A DNA stretch of 64,000 nucleotides from Eledone cirrhosa (GCA_964016885.1 OZ024759.1:14694001-14758000); one strand, 5' to 3'. Shown: positions 21,108 through 38,070, counted from the first letter of the stretch. Made by a program: numbers and translations. Notes: a model not told the origin generated them from the sequence alone.

Positions 21108-24100
21108 CTATAGTCTGATGTAGAGTGAAGGCCCATTCACACGGGCCATTCTCGCCACTTTCACCCATCTTTCATAAAAACGGCTGGGGTGCAGCACCTC
21201 TCTCTCCATCCTGATCCTTCTTCCGAAATGATATCGGAAGAAACGGACCAGTTGTTGGCCAGAGAGAAAGGTGTCTGACCTCAGTCCTTTCAGACAAGTC
21301 CACCATACAACCTCTTTCGCCATGGCTATTACGCACAGAAACACCGCCTCTCCTTCGTTTTTGAAGAGGGGAGGCGGCTTGATCGTTACAATAGACTCGG
21401 CGGTCAACCGGATCGGTCCCACTCTTGACAGCAGTTGTTCGACATAGCCCCACAGATCGGCAATGCCCGAGCAGTGTACCAATGCGTGTGCAACGGTTTC
21501 CTCGTCGCACACGCATCTGGGACAGATCTTTTTCGATGGGTCCCTACCCGGGCACCCGTGTCTGTAGAGCCTTTCTCGAACGGGCAGAGCCCTTCTGTAG
21601 CATTGCCAGGCCAGGGACCTCTGGAAGTTATCCATGGGTCCCGGGCTGAATGTCCTACCGAACAGGTTGGCCAGTTCGTCTTCCTCCATGCCTAGGGCTT
21701 CTCCGAGGGCGTCGTCGCACCTGCTACCCACCAGCCCTCTATAGAAAGACGAGGTGGATTCTCCACTGACAGCCGGGTCCGCCTGCCAGAGAGCTGTGAG
21801 CGCCTGGGCACACTCTGTGTGCCAGGCGCCCAGTTTTCTCGGTCTTTGCTTGACCCAGGATTGCAGCTCGGTGAGTGAGACGAGTCTGGGAAAGGCTCGC
21901 CTCACAAACCGGGCCCACACCGGTTGACCGGAGAGGAATACCTGAAGGTGCCATAGCCTTAATGCGTGTTTACGTATCATTAGCCACGGCATCCCCAGCC
22001 CTCCTTTCGAATGGTGTTGACAGCAGATGGATCTCCTCACCATAGGAGCCCGCTTCTTCCAAAGGAATTGGAAGAGCGCTCGCTCCATTTTGGCGAGCGT
22101 TTCCCTTGGGCAAGGCACAACGGTCAGGCGGTAGTAGATGACGGACGCTATATAAGTGTTCGCCACCTCCGCCCGACCTTTCAGGGACAGTTTGCACTTG
22201 GCCCACTTCTGGGTCAGTGCAAACACCCTGTTCGTTACCTCACCCCAGTTCTTCTCCACCTGGAGGTCTGGTCCGAACCAGACCCCGAGCAACTTCACCG
22301 GGCCCTCCGTCCAACGCCCGACGACGCCCTCGGAGGGCATCGATCTTCCCCTCCACGTGCCGAGTTGCAGACCGATCGACTTGTCCCGATTCAGCTTAGC
22401 CCCTGTAAACCTTTCGTACTCCTCCAGTAAGGTGCCGATCGCCCCCGATTTCCGAGGCCGTCGACACCATTACTGTTACGTCATCGGCGTAGGCTGATAC
22501 CGCTTTCCGCAATCCCGGTTCCAACGGGATGCCCTGCAACAACTCCAACTTCCGCAGCAGTGGCTCTAGAGTCATTACATACAGAAGGGAGGAGAGAGGG
22601 CACCCCTGTCGGATGGACCGCGCGATTTCGAACGGCTCCGAGAGGTAGCCGTTCACCTTGACCCTAGAGCAGATGCGGCTGCTGTGCATGGCATTGATCC
22701 AGCCCCTGTAAACGGGTCCGAAGCCTGCCGCCGCTCGCACCGCATCCAGGTAATCATGGTCGACCCTATCGAATGCCTTAGATTGATCCAAGTTGATCAG
22801 GGCCCCACCAAAGCCGGGTTCGTTCCCAACCCTCTCTATGATGTATCGCATGAGGTGGAGGTTGTCGTGGATGGACCTGGACGGGATAGCACATGTCTGC
22901 GCATCTCCCACCAGGTTGCCCACGACAAGCGCCAACCTCTTTGCTAGCACCTTGGCCAAAATCTGTAACTCTGTATTTAGCAGAGTTATGGGCCGGAAAT
23001 TATTTATATCGTCCCCCTTGTTCTCGTCCTTCCTCACTAGCATGACTACGCCCTTGGTCACAGCACAGGGAATTCTCCCGTTATGTTGCCAGTTGCAGTA
23101 GACAGCCTCGAGGAGATCGGGGAACAAGTCCGGCATAGCTAAATATAGTTCGTATGGAAGACCATCGAGACCCGGGGATTTGCGTTTGCCGCATTGGCTC
23201 AGCACGTCCTCTATCTCAGCGGCTGAAATCGGCTCCTCGCAGGACTTCGCCTCCCTGTCCGAGAGACGCGGCAGGCCGTCGAGGTATGGACCGAAGTCCA
23301 CATCCCCAACCGGCCCCCGCCCTTTCCGAACAATCCGGCAAAGTGCTTTTGAGAAGCCTCGCACATCTGCTTAGGTTCAAGGATCACCCGTCCATCCTGG
23401 TCTCGCAAAGACCGGATAGTGGATCTGCTCCCTCTTTTGGCTTCTGTCACGCGGGTCCAGCTAACAGCTTTGGTCCCCTCGTTTCCCAGAGCACGTATTT
23501 TGCTTCGGACGATGCAGCCTTCGTCTTTCGCGTCGAAGAACTGGCCCAGGGCCGTTCTCGACGCTAGCACTCTGGCCACGTCGCCGCTTCTAATTGCCTC
23601 TTCTACACTATCTACCAACTCCCTTTCCTTCCTATTTCTATTTGAGGCTAACTCCTTACTAAATTCTATAGAGACTACTCGAATCTCTCTTTTGAGAGAT
23701 CCCCACCACCTGCTGTTGACGATGGCGCCCGTCAACCGCTCTTAACTAAAGTGCTAATTCGGTCCCTGTAAGCCTTACTTGCCGGTAAGGACAAGTTGAG
23801 CTTCCAGTAACCGAGTCCCTGTCTAAGAGTTCTGTCAAGGTTGATCATGCAGGTCACTAACTTGTGGTCTGAATAGCCAACCATGCGCATTTTTGGACAA
23901 CTTAAAAAGTCCTTATCCTTAATTCTAACTAAGAACCTATCTAGGTACGACCTAGATGATCCGCTACAATTTGCCCAAGTCCAGGTTGGCGCAGTCGGAA
24001 AATCTAGTCGAGATCTATCGGCCAGGTCAAATCGACCGATTAACCCTTTGAGGCTATTACACCCCTCTCTATCGGGACAGGCCCCTACGTAGTCCCAGCG

Positions 24101-24538
24101 TGCATCTAGGATACCATTCCAGTCCCCCACTAATAGCAAAGAGCGGGTCGTCCCTAGAAAAGTCTCCAGACGATGGAAGAAGTCCGGCCGCATTGACCCG
24201 AAAGGGCCGTAGGCGGCTACCAACCTAAACGCTCCGCCTTTACCACTGCCAAGGTCCAGAACCACTAGTCGACCCTCCAGGTCCAAATGTACCATCTGTG
24301 TTGCGAGACCCAGATGTTTTTGCAGCAGAACGACAACTCCACCTCCGGGCTGACAGAGAGATGCGTGCATCTCAAAGTCATCAAAGGTGGGGGCCAGCTG
24401 TCACATGTTGCTGATCCGGGCCTCGCAAATAACCATCACATCTATACGTTATGACCTGAGGTCATTTAGAAGCATTGCTTGCTTCCAAGTTGAGCCTAGG
24501 CCACGCGCATTTAAACAGCCTACTCTTAGCATAGCCAT
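21108..24538 (-). pseudogene. Tx1 ORF2 (APE endonuclease, reverse transcriptase, C-terminal cysteine-rich finger), split by frameshifts and stops
   Basis: MAMLRVGCLNARGL, LLVGDWN, SYLDRFL, YSDHKLV, GYWKLN, SPGLDGLP, RPITLLNTE, LDQSKAFDRVDH, IRQGCPLS, AYADDV, KGGLG, CPRCVCDEETVAHALVHC, spread over ORFs 23732-24370, 23211-23735, 22396-23364 and 21108-22340. Confidence 0.92.
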
Positions 24539-24562
24539 GTTGGTGGTGAAGAGAAAAGGCAC

Positions 24563-26366
24563 TTACCTCTCTGCATCCCGGGTATCGGGCTGCGAAATTT
24601 CCATTAGGGTGGGGGATGGGTTGTTGAGTGGGGTGGTGGTTTGTGGAAGTGTAGGGGCATCAGTGTGTTGTGTGGTTGGGGAGTTTGGAGTGGTGTGGGT
24701 GTTTGGGGAGGGGGTGGGGTATTTTTTTTAGGAGGACGCGGTTAATGGGCCCGACGCAGGGGGGGGGGGACCCGCGTCCTCTTTAAAATTGTTTTTTAAA
24801 GTTTTATAGGTGTCCTGTGGGGCCTTAATCATTTTGAGGTGGGGGAAATCCCCTGCCTGGGTGAAGTTAGGCCCTTGTGTTTTTATTAGACTGTTGTTGT
24901 ACACAATGTTTAACAGTTTTTTGTTTCTTGTGTTTATGTATGTGTATGCATGTTTTTGTTTTTGTGTGGTGTTTTTTGCTTGCTGTTGTTGTGAGCTCTT
25001 TTGTGTTGGTGTCAGTGTTATGTTTTGGGGAGGGGTTGTTTTCATTTGTGTGTCTGAGGTGTGTTTTCTTTTTTTTTCTTTTGATTGTGTGGAAGTGCTC
25101 CTCCTCGTCTGACGACGAACTAGGGTCATCTTCCGCGTTGGAGGGGAGGGGTATATTTTCGGGTTGTGTTTGCGGTGCGGGTGTTTTGAAAATTGTTTTT
25201 GTTTTTTTGAGTGGAGGGGATGGGTTGGACATTGTTTTGTTTTCGTTTGAGCTGTGGCCGTTGTTTTTGTAGTGGTAGTTGTGGTGATTGTGTTGGTTGT
25301 GCAGTTGTTGGTGGTGTAGGCAGGATTGGGGTTTTCTTATTAAGTTGGGGACAGACAGCCCTCAGGTGACCTCTGGTTCCGCAGAGGTAACACGAGGGCC
25401 GCCTACCCTCAACGGTAATGTTGATGAACGTTAGATCATCCAGTATGACGCGTTCAGGGATCTGGGCGATCCTTTCGGGCCTCATTTGAACTACAAGTTC
25501 GAGGCTCGTTCCACTGAACGCGTCACCCGATGCCTTTCCCATGGATACCAGCATGTCATCCTCCAGGTCCAGGAAACCTGTCAAAACCCACCATATGTCC
25601 ATCATTGGCAGGATGGTGTGGATTTTTATTTTTTGTGTTCTTCTACCCATGTACGTAGGGTAGAAGGTGTATGCGGTGGATGTGATTGGTTTGATGGACA
25701 GTTTCACTGCTGTGTCCCTGTCCTTCATGAGAATGGATAGACTCCCGTAGAGTCTATCCTTCTGAATGAAGGTGATGTCCTTCATGACGTCTTTTAAAAC
25801 CAGCTCTATCTCACTCTGTGATGGTTGAGCTGGTTTTTTACTTTTATTCGAGATTGTCCTAAACATGACAGTGTTTAGGAGTCTCTGGCTTTTTAGTTCA
25901 TGGGGGGGGGGAATGGATTGTGAATGAACCATTTTCCCCGTACACTATATATTTTTTGGCATCTGCCAGTAGCTCCTTCGCTTTGGTTATATCTACTGGC
26001 AGATAGTCGAGGGTTTTCCTTGTCGTCTCGGCGAAGGAGAAATTTTTTTTTGTTTGTGTTGTTGTTGTCGTTGGTGGTGTTGTTGTTATCATTGTTGTTG
26101 TTGTCACAGTTATTGGTCTTGTTGTTGTTGTTATTGTTATTGGTGTTTTCGTCCGTCGCATTGTTGTTTTTTTTGCTGTTGCTGGTGCCGCTGGTTCTTT
26201 GGGTTGTTGCCATGGCAACGTCAAGTTGTCGGTTAACAGGTGGAGAAAATCCTTCCTCTGGCTGACCTTTCTTCTTGACCTCTGCTACTGTGACAGTGGA
26301 AGGGGGAAGCTGTAAGTTTATCTTCCCCTTTTCTCCTTCGAATTTTGGTGAAGAAGCTTCAGCCAT
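24563..26366 (-). pseudogene. Tx1 ORF1 (gag-like, zinc knuckle), frameshifted
   Basis: Starts MAEASSPKFEG; contains ITVEGRRPSCYLCGTRGHLRAVCP (C-x2-C-x4-H-x4-C); fragments 25893-26366, 25898-26224, 25126-25932, 24867-25232 and 24728-25129. Confidence 0.8.
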
Positions 26367-26707
26367 TTTAAAAAATATTAACTATTCAACAAGAAAAAAC
26401 TTCTTTTTTTTTGTTTAACTATTTCGCCTAAAGGCGTAGAATATTTTGAGAGACTGACCAGATCAAAGTTTGACCTGGCAGTCCCTCTACAAAATGGTAC
26501 AAAAATTAAAGTTAACAGACAAGAATTTCTATAGAAATTTAAACAGAACTTACTCAGCAAGTTATACGCGTGTGTCCATCCCAGAGTGAGAAATAGATAG
26601 CTATATATATATATTTATATATATATATATATTGATATATATATATATATTGATATATATATATATATTGATATATATATATATATTGATATATATATTT
26701 ATATATA

Positions 26708-26736
<29 letters not shown>

Positions 26737-26745
<9 letters not shown>

Positions 26746-27296
26746 TAAACAAATAATGAATAAAACAATGAAACAGTTCATTATATTAAACAAAAAAAGT
26801 TCATTATTTAACGATCGTTTCTAGGATATATATGTGTTAGAATTGGCATGCATATTCAACAGATCTATGTACAAAATTATACAAAATTATACAAACTATC
26901 AAGATTAAATATACATACCAACACATATATACGCCGTCTTCAGAAATAAATTTTATTTCTGAAGACGGCGTATATATGTGTTGGTATGTATATTTAATCT
27001 TGATAGTTTGTATAATTTTGTATAATTTTGTACATAGATCTGTTGAATATGCATGCCAATTCTAACACATATATATCCTAGAAACGATCGTTAAATAATG
27101 AACTTTTTTTGTTTAATATAAGGAACTGTTTCATTGTTTTATTCATTATTTGTTTAATATTTTATCTTGACTCTGTATACCGTTTATCTTTCACCGAAAG
27201 TGATTTTTCATTACATCTCTTCTTTCCATGATATCCGGAATACATTGAGTTCTTCATACGGATTGGACACTACCGTAAACTCTTGGTAGATTTATC

Positions 27297-27300
<4 letters not shown>
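26737..27300 (+). mobile_element. Hammerhead-bearing non-autonomous element, family A: 429-bp palindrome plus ~135-bp tail
   Basis: Arms 26737-26950 and 26952-27165 are reverse complements with one visible mismatch; the unit recurs at 31999-32475 and 37705-38052. Confidence 0.85.
26953..27098 (+). ncRNA. Type I hammerhead motif with extended stem II (mirror copy on the minus strand at 26804-26949)
   Basis: Stem I TTATTT/AAATAA; CTGAAGA; long stem II (TATATATGTGTTGG/CTAACACATATATA and TTGGTATGTATATTTAA/TTGAATATGCATGCCAA); GAAA; stem III palindrome ACGATCGT; GUU site. The 10.1/11.1 pair is non-canonical (C/A). Confidence 0.7.
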
Positions 27301-31998
<4,698 letters not shown>

Positions 31999-32473
31999 AT
32001 AAATTAATAAAAACAATGAATAAAAACAAAGAAACAGTTCCTTATATTAGAAAATTCATCATTTTACGATCGTTTCTAGGATATATATGTGTGTGTTGGT
32101 AAGTATATCATGTATTAAATCTTCGTTGGTTTTTTTCAATAAACAAATATTATTATTTCTGAAGACAGCATATATATTTGTAAGTATGTATATTCGCTCT
32201 GATAGTGTGTAAATTTTTTACATAGATCTATATGATGTACATACCGACACACACACATATATCCTAGAAACGATCGTAAAATGATGAATTTTTTTAAGAT
32301 AAGGAACTGTTTCTTTGTTTTTATTCATTGTTTTTATTAATTTATCTTGACTGTCTTCCTGTGATTTTCATCGAAAAAACTTTTTGAATACATCTTCTCT
32401 TTTCATGATATTTGGATTACATTGAGTTCTTCATACGGATTGGACACTACCGTATATTTTGGTAGATTTATCT

Positions 32474-32475
<2 letters not shown>
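31999..32475 (+). mobile_element. Family A hammerhead element, diverged copy with a partial inverted arm
   Basis: Arm 31999-32100 is inverted to about 32245-32345; hammerhead at 32153-32284 (TTATTT CTGAAGA ... GAAA CGATCG TA AAATGA); same tail ending ggtagatttatctaca. Confidence 0.8.
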
Positions 32476-32514
<39 letters not shown>

Positions 32515-33084
32515 AAATATTCATTTCACCATGCCATTTATTGGTTTATCTTTAATTATCCAATGGCGAAACTTTGGTGTGAATTTTTGATATTTCAATT
32601 AATTCTTCACTGATTCTAGGAGAAGCCAAAAACAAGAACAACAGAAAATCAATTTATTTCCTCACCATAATTCCTTTTCTCACATATTATATAATCTATC
32701 ATCATTAAAGTAAGACATTTTTTTAATTATCTCTCTTCACGCTCTCACCGTTTCACTTTATTTTAATTTTATTTTTACTTTATTTTGTTTCTTTCTTGCT
32801 TCAAGCAAACTTCAATACTCTCTATCTCTCTCTCTCACTCTCTCTCTATATATGTTTCCTTTCGTTCTTTCTCTCTCTATATATATATGTGTTAGGTAAT
32901 TCCGAAGGAAAAGCAAAAGAAAAAAAGAGTGCTCTAATGTATAGAACAGAGCTATTTAATTAGAAAATGAACAACACAAAATATAACTACTCCATTACTA
33001 AAGGTTTCTGGATCCCAGACAATAATAATATACGTCTGTATCGGTCATCAGACAGACTGATCCAGACGTATATTAATATATGAT

Positions 33085-33243
33085 GTTGTCCAAGAGAAAG
33101 GCAATGACCTACACAGCTTGGAACCAGTGATGTCGCAACTCATTTCAACAGCTGAGTAAACTGGAGCAACGTGAAATAAAGTGTCTTGCCCAAGGACACA
33201 ACGCATCACCCGGGCCGAGAATCGAACTCACAACCTCTCAATT
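33085..33243 (-). mobile_element. Second tRNA-derived SINE family (CORE-like body), partial
   Basis: Reverse strand has B-box GAGTTCGATTC followed by GTTGTGTCCTTGGGCAAGACACTT. Confidence 0.7.
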
Positions 33244-33604
33244 GCAAAAGTGGTGGTGGTAGTGGTTGCTTCGTCGTTATTGTTTGTTTTTTAAAAACTT
33301 TCACTCGGCATAATAGTTTAGAGTATATTTGTTTTCTAACAATAACTATTTATTGAAAGAAACCAATCACACAAGAAGCAAATGTTACACGCAGAGACAG
33401 ACGCAGACAGACACACAGACAGAGAGACAGAGAGACTGATTGACAAATAATCGGAAAGAGATACACAAACATACTTATATATCCACACACATATACGTCA
33501 TAGGTGTACATGCATAAACACACACGCTCAAACACAAGCATATGAACAGAGAAAAACCAAAATGATGATAATAATGGTGACGATGATGATGAAATTAATA
33601 ATTA

Positions 33605-34800
33605 TGGTTTCTTTATTGGCCACAAGGGCTAACGTGAAGAAAAATAATTGAGACGGCACAGAACAGTACAGGACGATACAAAGTGGGTTTTGGTCGTGTA
33701 AACAGGTTATAACAAAATCGGGCTACAAATCAAAAATATTCAAACAACAAAATTCCCCAAGAAGGGGGAAACCTCCGAGGGTCACTCGTGGTGAAAACTA
33801 CACAAAAGACCACGGCCACCCTGACCACCAGGGCAAGTGCCCCCTCTCACTTTTCCCACTCTTCGGTCTACAGGCGCATCACTCGGACCAGACTCGCCAC
33901 TTTCACCCACCTTTCAACAAACTTACTAGAAGACAGCATGATGCTGAAAGGCTGAGACAGGTGACCATTCACCTTTACAATCGAGCAGATTTCGCTGTGC
34001 ATCGCAGTGATCCAGCCCTTAAAAACGGGCCTGAAGCCGGTCGCCTCGAGGACCGCAGCCAGTTTCTATAACGTGCCCCTTGTTCGGGTCTTTTCTCAGC
34101 AGCGCCACCGCTACCCGGCTTACAAAACTGGGAATGCCCCCGTGCTGCTGCCAGTTGCAGTAGACATCTGCCAAGCGGTCGCCGAACAAGTCTGGCATAT
34201 ACGCAGAAAGCTCGTAGGGCAGATCATCCAAACCTGGCGATTTACCCCTCATGCAGTCAGACATCGCTTCCCGTAATTTCACCTGCTGTCATCGGCTTTT
34301 CGCAGCACTGCGCTGCGGTCGTCGAGAGCCGCGGCAGTCCGTCGAGGTATGTACCGAAGTCCATACTCCGATCCGGCCCGCCGCCGCTCCCGAACAATTC
34401 AGCAAAGTGATGTTGAAAAGTCGCACACATCTGCTCGGGGTTGAGCAACATGCGCCCGTTTTGGTCAGGAAAAGACCGAATTGTGGACTTGTTGCCACGT
34501 CGCGCCTCCTTCACCGGGCCCATTGAACGGCTTTCGTCCCCTCGTGTCTTAGAGCACGCGCTCTAGCTCTGACAACGCAGCCTTCGTGTTTTGCGTTGAA
34601 GAATTGGTCGAGTGCCAATCTCGCCGCAAGCACGTCGGTTGCAATGCCTGTCCTAAACGCCTATTCTAGCTTTCTAACTAACTATCCCTCTATTCTATTT
34701 TCCTCTATCACTACTCCTTTGCTAAACCTTATCGATTCTACTCTAATAGCTCTTTTCAGGATAAACCACCACCTGTTGTTGACGATCGCACCCGTCAATA
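33605..34800 (-). mobile_element. Internally deleted, 5'-truncated Tx1-clade element related to 20840-26602
   Basis: KSPGLDDLPYEL...LADVYCNWQQHG and YLDGLPRLS match the Tx1 ORF2; jumps to the C-terminus and 3' UTR near 33950. Confidence 0.85.
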
Positions 34801-34805
34801 ACAAA

Positions 34806-35545
34806 TAATAATTGTTTCTACCTTTGGCACAAGGCCAGCAATTATCCCAGTGTATTACTGGTACTTTATTTTATCGACCCCGTAAGCATGAAAGGCAAAG
34901 TTAACCTCAGCGAGATGTGAACTCAGACCGTAAAGGTCCGTAACTCTATACTTCAAAGCATGGCGTCCATCCCTCTACTGATACGGCCAATTCACCGCCC
35001 TAAATAATTGTTTCTACTTTTGACACAAGGCCAACAATTACCCAGTACATTACTGGTACTTTATTTTATCGACCCCGTAAGGATGAAAGGCAAAATTAAC
35101 CTTGGAGGGATTTGAACTCAATCCGTAAAGAGACGTCAGTATCAGTAGAGAGTCGGACGCCATGCTTTCTAGCATAGAGTTACGTCCCTTTACAGACTGA
35201 GTTCAAATCCCTCCAAGGTTAATTTTGCCTTTCATCCTTACGGGGTCGATAAAATAAAGTACCAGTAATGTACTGGGTAATTGTTGGCCTTGTGTCAAAA
35301 GTAGAAACAATTATTTAGGGCGGTGAATTGGCCGTATCAGTAGAGGGATGGACGCCATGCTTTGAAGTATAGAGTTACGGACCTTTACGGTCTGAGTTCA
35401 CATCTCGCTGAGGTTAACTTTGCCTTTCATGCTTACGGGGTCGATAAAATAAAGTACCAGTCACGCACTTGGATCGATTTAATCGACTTTCCCCTCCTCC
35501 AAAATTGCTGACCTTGTGCCTATATAAGAAGCAATTATTATTACT
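34806..35545. mobile_element. Cluster of four tRNA-SINEs (two minus, two plus) forming a long inverted repeat
   Basis: 34857-35120 is the reverse complement of 35198-35461. Confidence 0.9.
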
Positions 35546-36587
35546 ACTATCAACATCATCATCATCATTATCATTATAGCTGTTATAATTATTAATTTTA
35601 TGATAATAATAATAATAATAATAATGACAATAATATAAAATATAAATAGAAGTCACATTATCAAACTCGTCACTAGATAATGGCGATTGATAATTACCTT
35701 ATACAATAGAACCATCTGTAAAAGAAAAATAGAAAAATGTTTCACAAAATACAATTGTTTTTGATATTGTTCTTTAAATTTTTATAATTATATTTATTGT
35801 TGAGTTTTTCTTCTGAAATAAACTCCAGAGTTGCAATATGTCATTTGTTCTTTTCTATTTAAGAAAATTCTGATTGGGCAGCCATTTATAATGGTCATTT
35901 AATGAGCGTGGCTATCCTAATTGTTATTCATCTTATTGTTATGATCGAGTGGAAGGTGGTGACTGTGTTGGCTAGAGTCCCACCTGCCATTCATGTCAGC
36001 CATGGTGTCAACCACCAGATTTCCACTTCACATTCATCGTTCATCATCGCAGTATTCACCATTTTATCGTTCACCGCAATCTCCGACATTCATTGCTTGC
36101 TGTAAGCTTTGTCACATACAGTTCACTATCATACGTTGTGACTGTTGTTGATATTGTTGTGGCTTTTGTTGCTGGTACTCATTGTGTGGATCTGTCTGAT
36201 TCTGGATCCGCAGGTTCGATGGACACTTCTAAATATTTCGGAGCAAATTCTTTCACTGGGGTGTTAGCGTCAAAAACTTCATCCTCTTCGCGCGTCCCGT
36301 TATTGGCCGCTGGTTGTCTACATCATCATAATTCTGACCACAGGTATCGCTCGGCTGACCACCGTGTCTGCCACACTTCAATATATATATATATATTTAT
36401 TAGTCTCTTAACTGTTCGTATTTGTCGTTGTCGTGGCTATATACTATGGATTATGGATACATACACATAGTCAATTTATTCAGGGTGTCACTCATACACA
36501 ACATTGCGTGCTTTGAGTGTGCCTCAATCAATTGAATTGGTATCTGCCTTATTGCAGTTACAACTTCGAATCACACACATTGTAATA

Positions 36588-36765
36588 TAATTGTTTCTAC
36601 TTTTCGCACAAGGCCAGAAATTATCCCAGTGCATTACTGGTACTTTATTTTACCGACCCTGTAACGATGAAAAGCAAAGTTAACCTCGGCAGGATTTGAA
36701 CTCGAAACGTAAAGGACCATAACTCTATGCAGCAAAGCATGGTGTCTGATGCTCTACCAATACTG
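36588..36765 (-). mobile_element. tRNA-derived SINE
   Basis: Homologous to 1188-1373. Confidence 0.85.
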
Positions 36766-36789
36766 TAATATAATATATATGATATATAA

Positions 36790-37071
36790 ACACGCGCGCA
36801 CACACGCACACACACGCACACACTCACTCACTCACTCACTCACTCACTCACTCACTCACTCACTCACTCACTCACTCACTCACTCACTCACTCACTCACT
36901 CACTCACTCACTCACTCACTCACTCACTCACTCACTCACTCATACACTCACTCATACACTCATACACTCACTCATACATTCATTCACTCATACACTCACC
37001 CACTCATACACTCACCCACTCATACACTCACTCATACACTCACTCACTCATACACTCACTCACTCACTCAC
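36790..37071. repeat. (CACT)n microsatellite
   Basis: Direct inspection. Confidence 0.95.
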
Positions 37072-37330
37072 TTTAGGATGGTCAAGCTGCCAATAAAATA
37101 TAAACATGTTCATTTTCGTTTAAATTTATTTTAAACTTCCAGTTGGTTTGTTTAATAACCAGATGGTTGTTTGTTTGTTGGTAAAAACCTTTCATCACGC
37201 ATTCTGGGATCTCCTCGCAGCTCACAAAAAACAAGATAGTGTAGAAGAGAACAAAGGAGAAACAAAATAACAAATTAGTCACTGAGGAGGTCATAGAATG
37301 TGTTGAAACAAGTTTGACAATAAACAGATA
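37070..37330. mobile_element. Hammerhead element family C, degenerate inverted arrangement; hammerhead motif at 37278-37318 (+)
   Basis: GTCA CTGAGGA GGTCATAGAATGTGTT GAAA CAAG TT TGAC; decayed mirror copy at about 37186-37220; homologous to 47294-47810. Confidence 0.6.
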
Positions 37331-37671
37331 AACACCTATCTCGTTATAAAAGTAACATCCTGGAAATTTATAATAAATGGAAGTGAACACATGATCATCA
37401 CAAAGTAAAGCAATATATATATCTATATATATAAATGAACTCTCTTCTCTGAATGAACATGTATGTGAAAATTAATTTTTCTTCTGCTTTTTATTTTTGT
37501 TATTACTATTATCACTATTTATACAAATATGCAACTTAACAATATTCTGCATATCCGCAATTGACAATGCATATAATTTTGAAACCGGTATTGTAATCAA
37601 ATTGTTTTGATATTTCACTGAAAAAATCTCAACATTTTCTACTGAAAAAATCTTTTTCCTTTCTACTATTT

Positions 37672-37704
<33 letters not shown>

Positions 37705-37708
<4 letters not shown>

Positions 37709-38052
37709 GATAAATCTACCAAGAGTTTACGGTAGTGTCCAATCCGTATGAAGAACTCAATGTATTCCGGATATCATGGAAAGAAGAGATGTAATGAAAA
37801 ATCACTTTCGGTGAAAGATAAACGGTATACAGAGTCAAGATAAAATATTAAATAAATAATGAATAAACAATGAGACAGTTCCTTATATTAAACAAAAAAA
37901 GGTTCATTATTTAACGATCGTTTCTAGGATATATATGTGTTAGAATTGGCATGCATATTCAACAGATCTATGTACAAAATTATACAAAATTATACAAACT
38001 ATCAAGATTAAATATACATACCAACACATATATACGCCGTCTTCAGAAATAA
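37705..38052 (-). mobile_element. Family A hammerhead element, single unit (hammerhead at 37907-38052, minus)
   Basis: Near-identical reverse complement of 26953-27300; abuts (TA)n. Confidence 0.85.
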
Positions 38053-38070
38053 TCCAGATATTAATAATTC

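Larger units (their letters stand above)
20840..26602 (-). mobile_element. Full-length Tx1/L1-clade non-LTR retrotransposon with multiple frameshifts
   Basis: 5' UTR, ORF1 with a CCHC knuckle, ORF2 APE-RT-zinc finger, 3' UTR with AATAAA; flanked by TA-rich microsatellites. Confidence 0.92.

Noticed and set aside
33027-33075. Hairpin AATATACGTCTG...CAGACGTATATT with CTGATGA on the minus strand
   Set aside because: No GAAA box; probably part of the adjacent SINE tail or a small fold-back
35880-36380. Possible exon or LTR-retrotransposon remnant
   Set aside because: Stops interrupt the reading frames and no diagnostic motif was recognised
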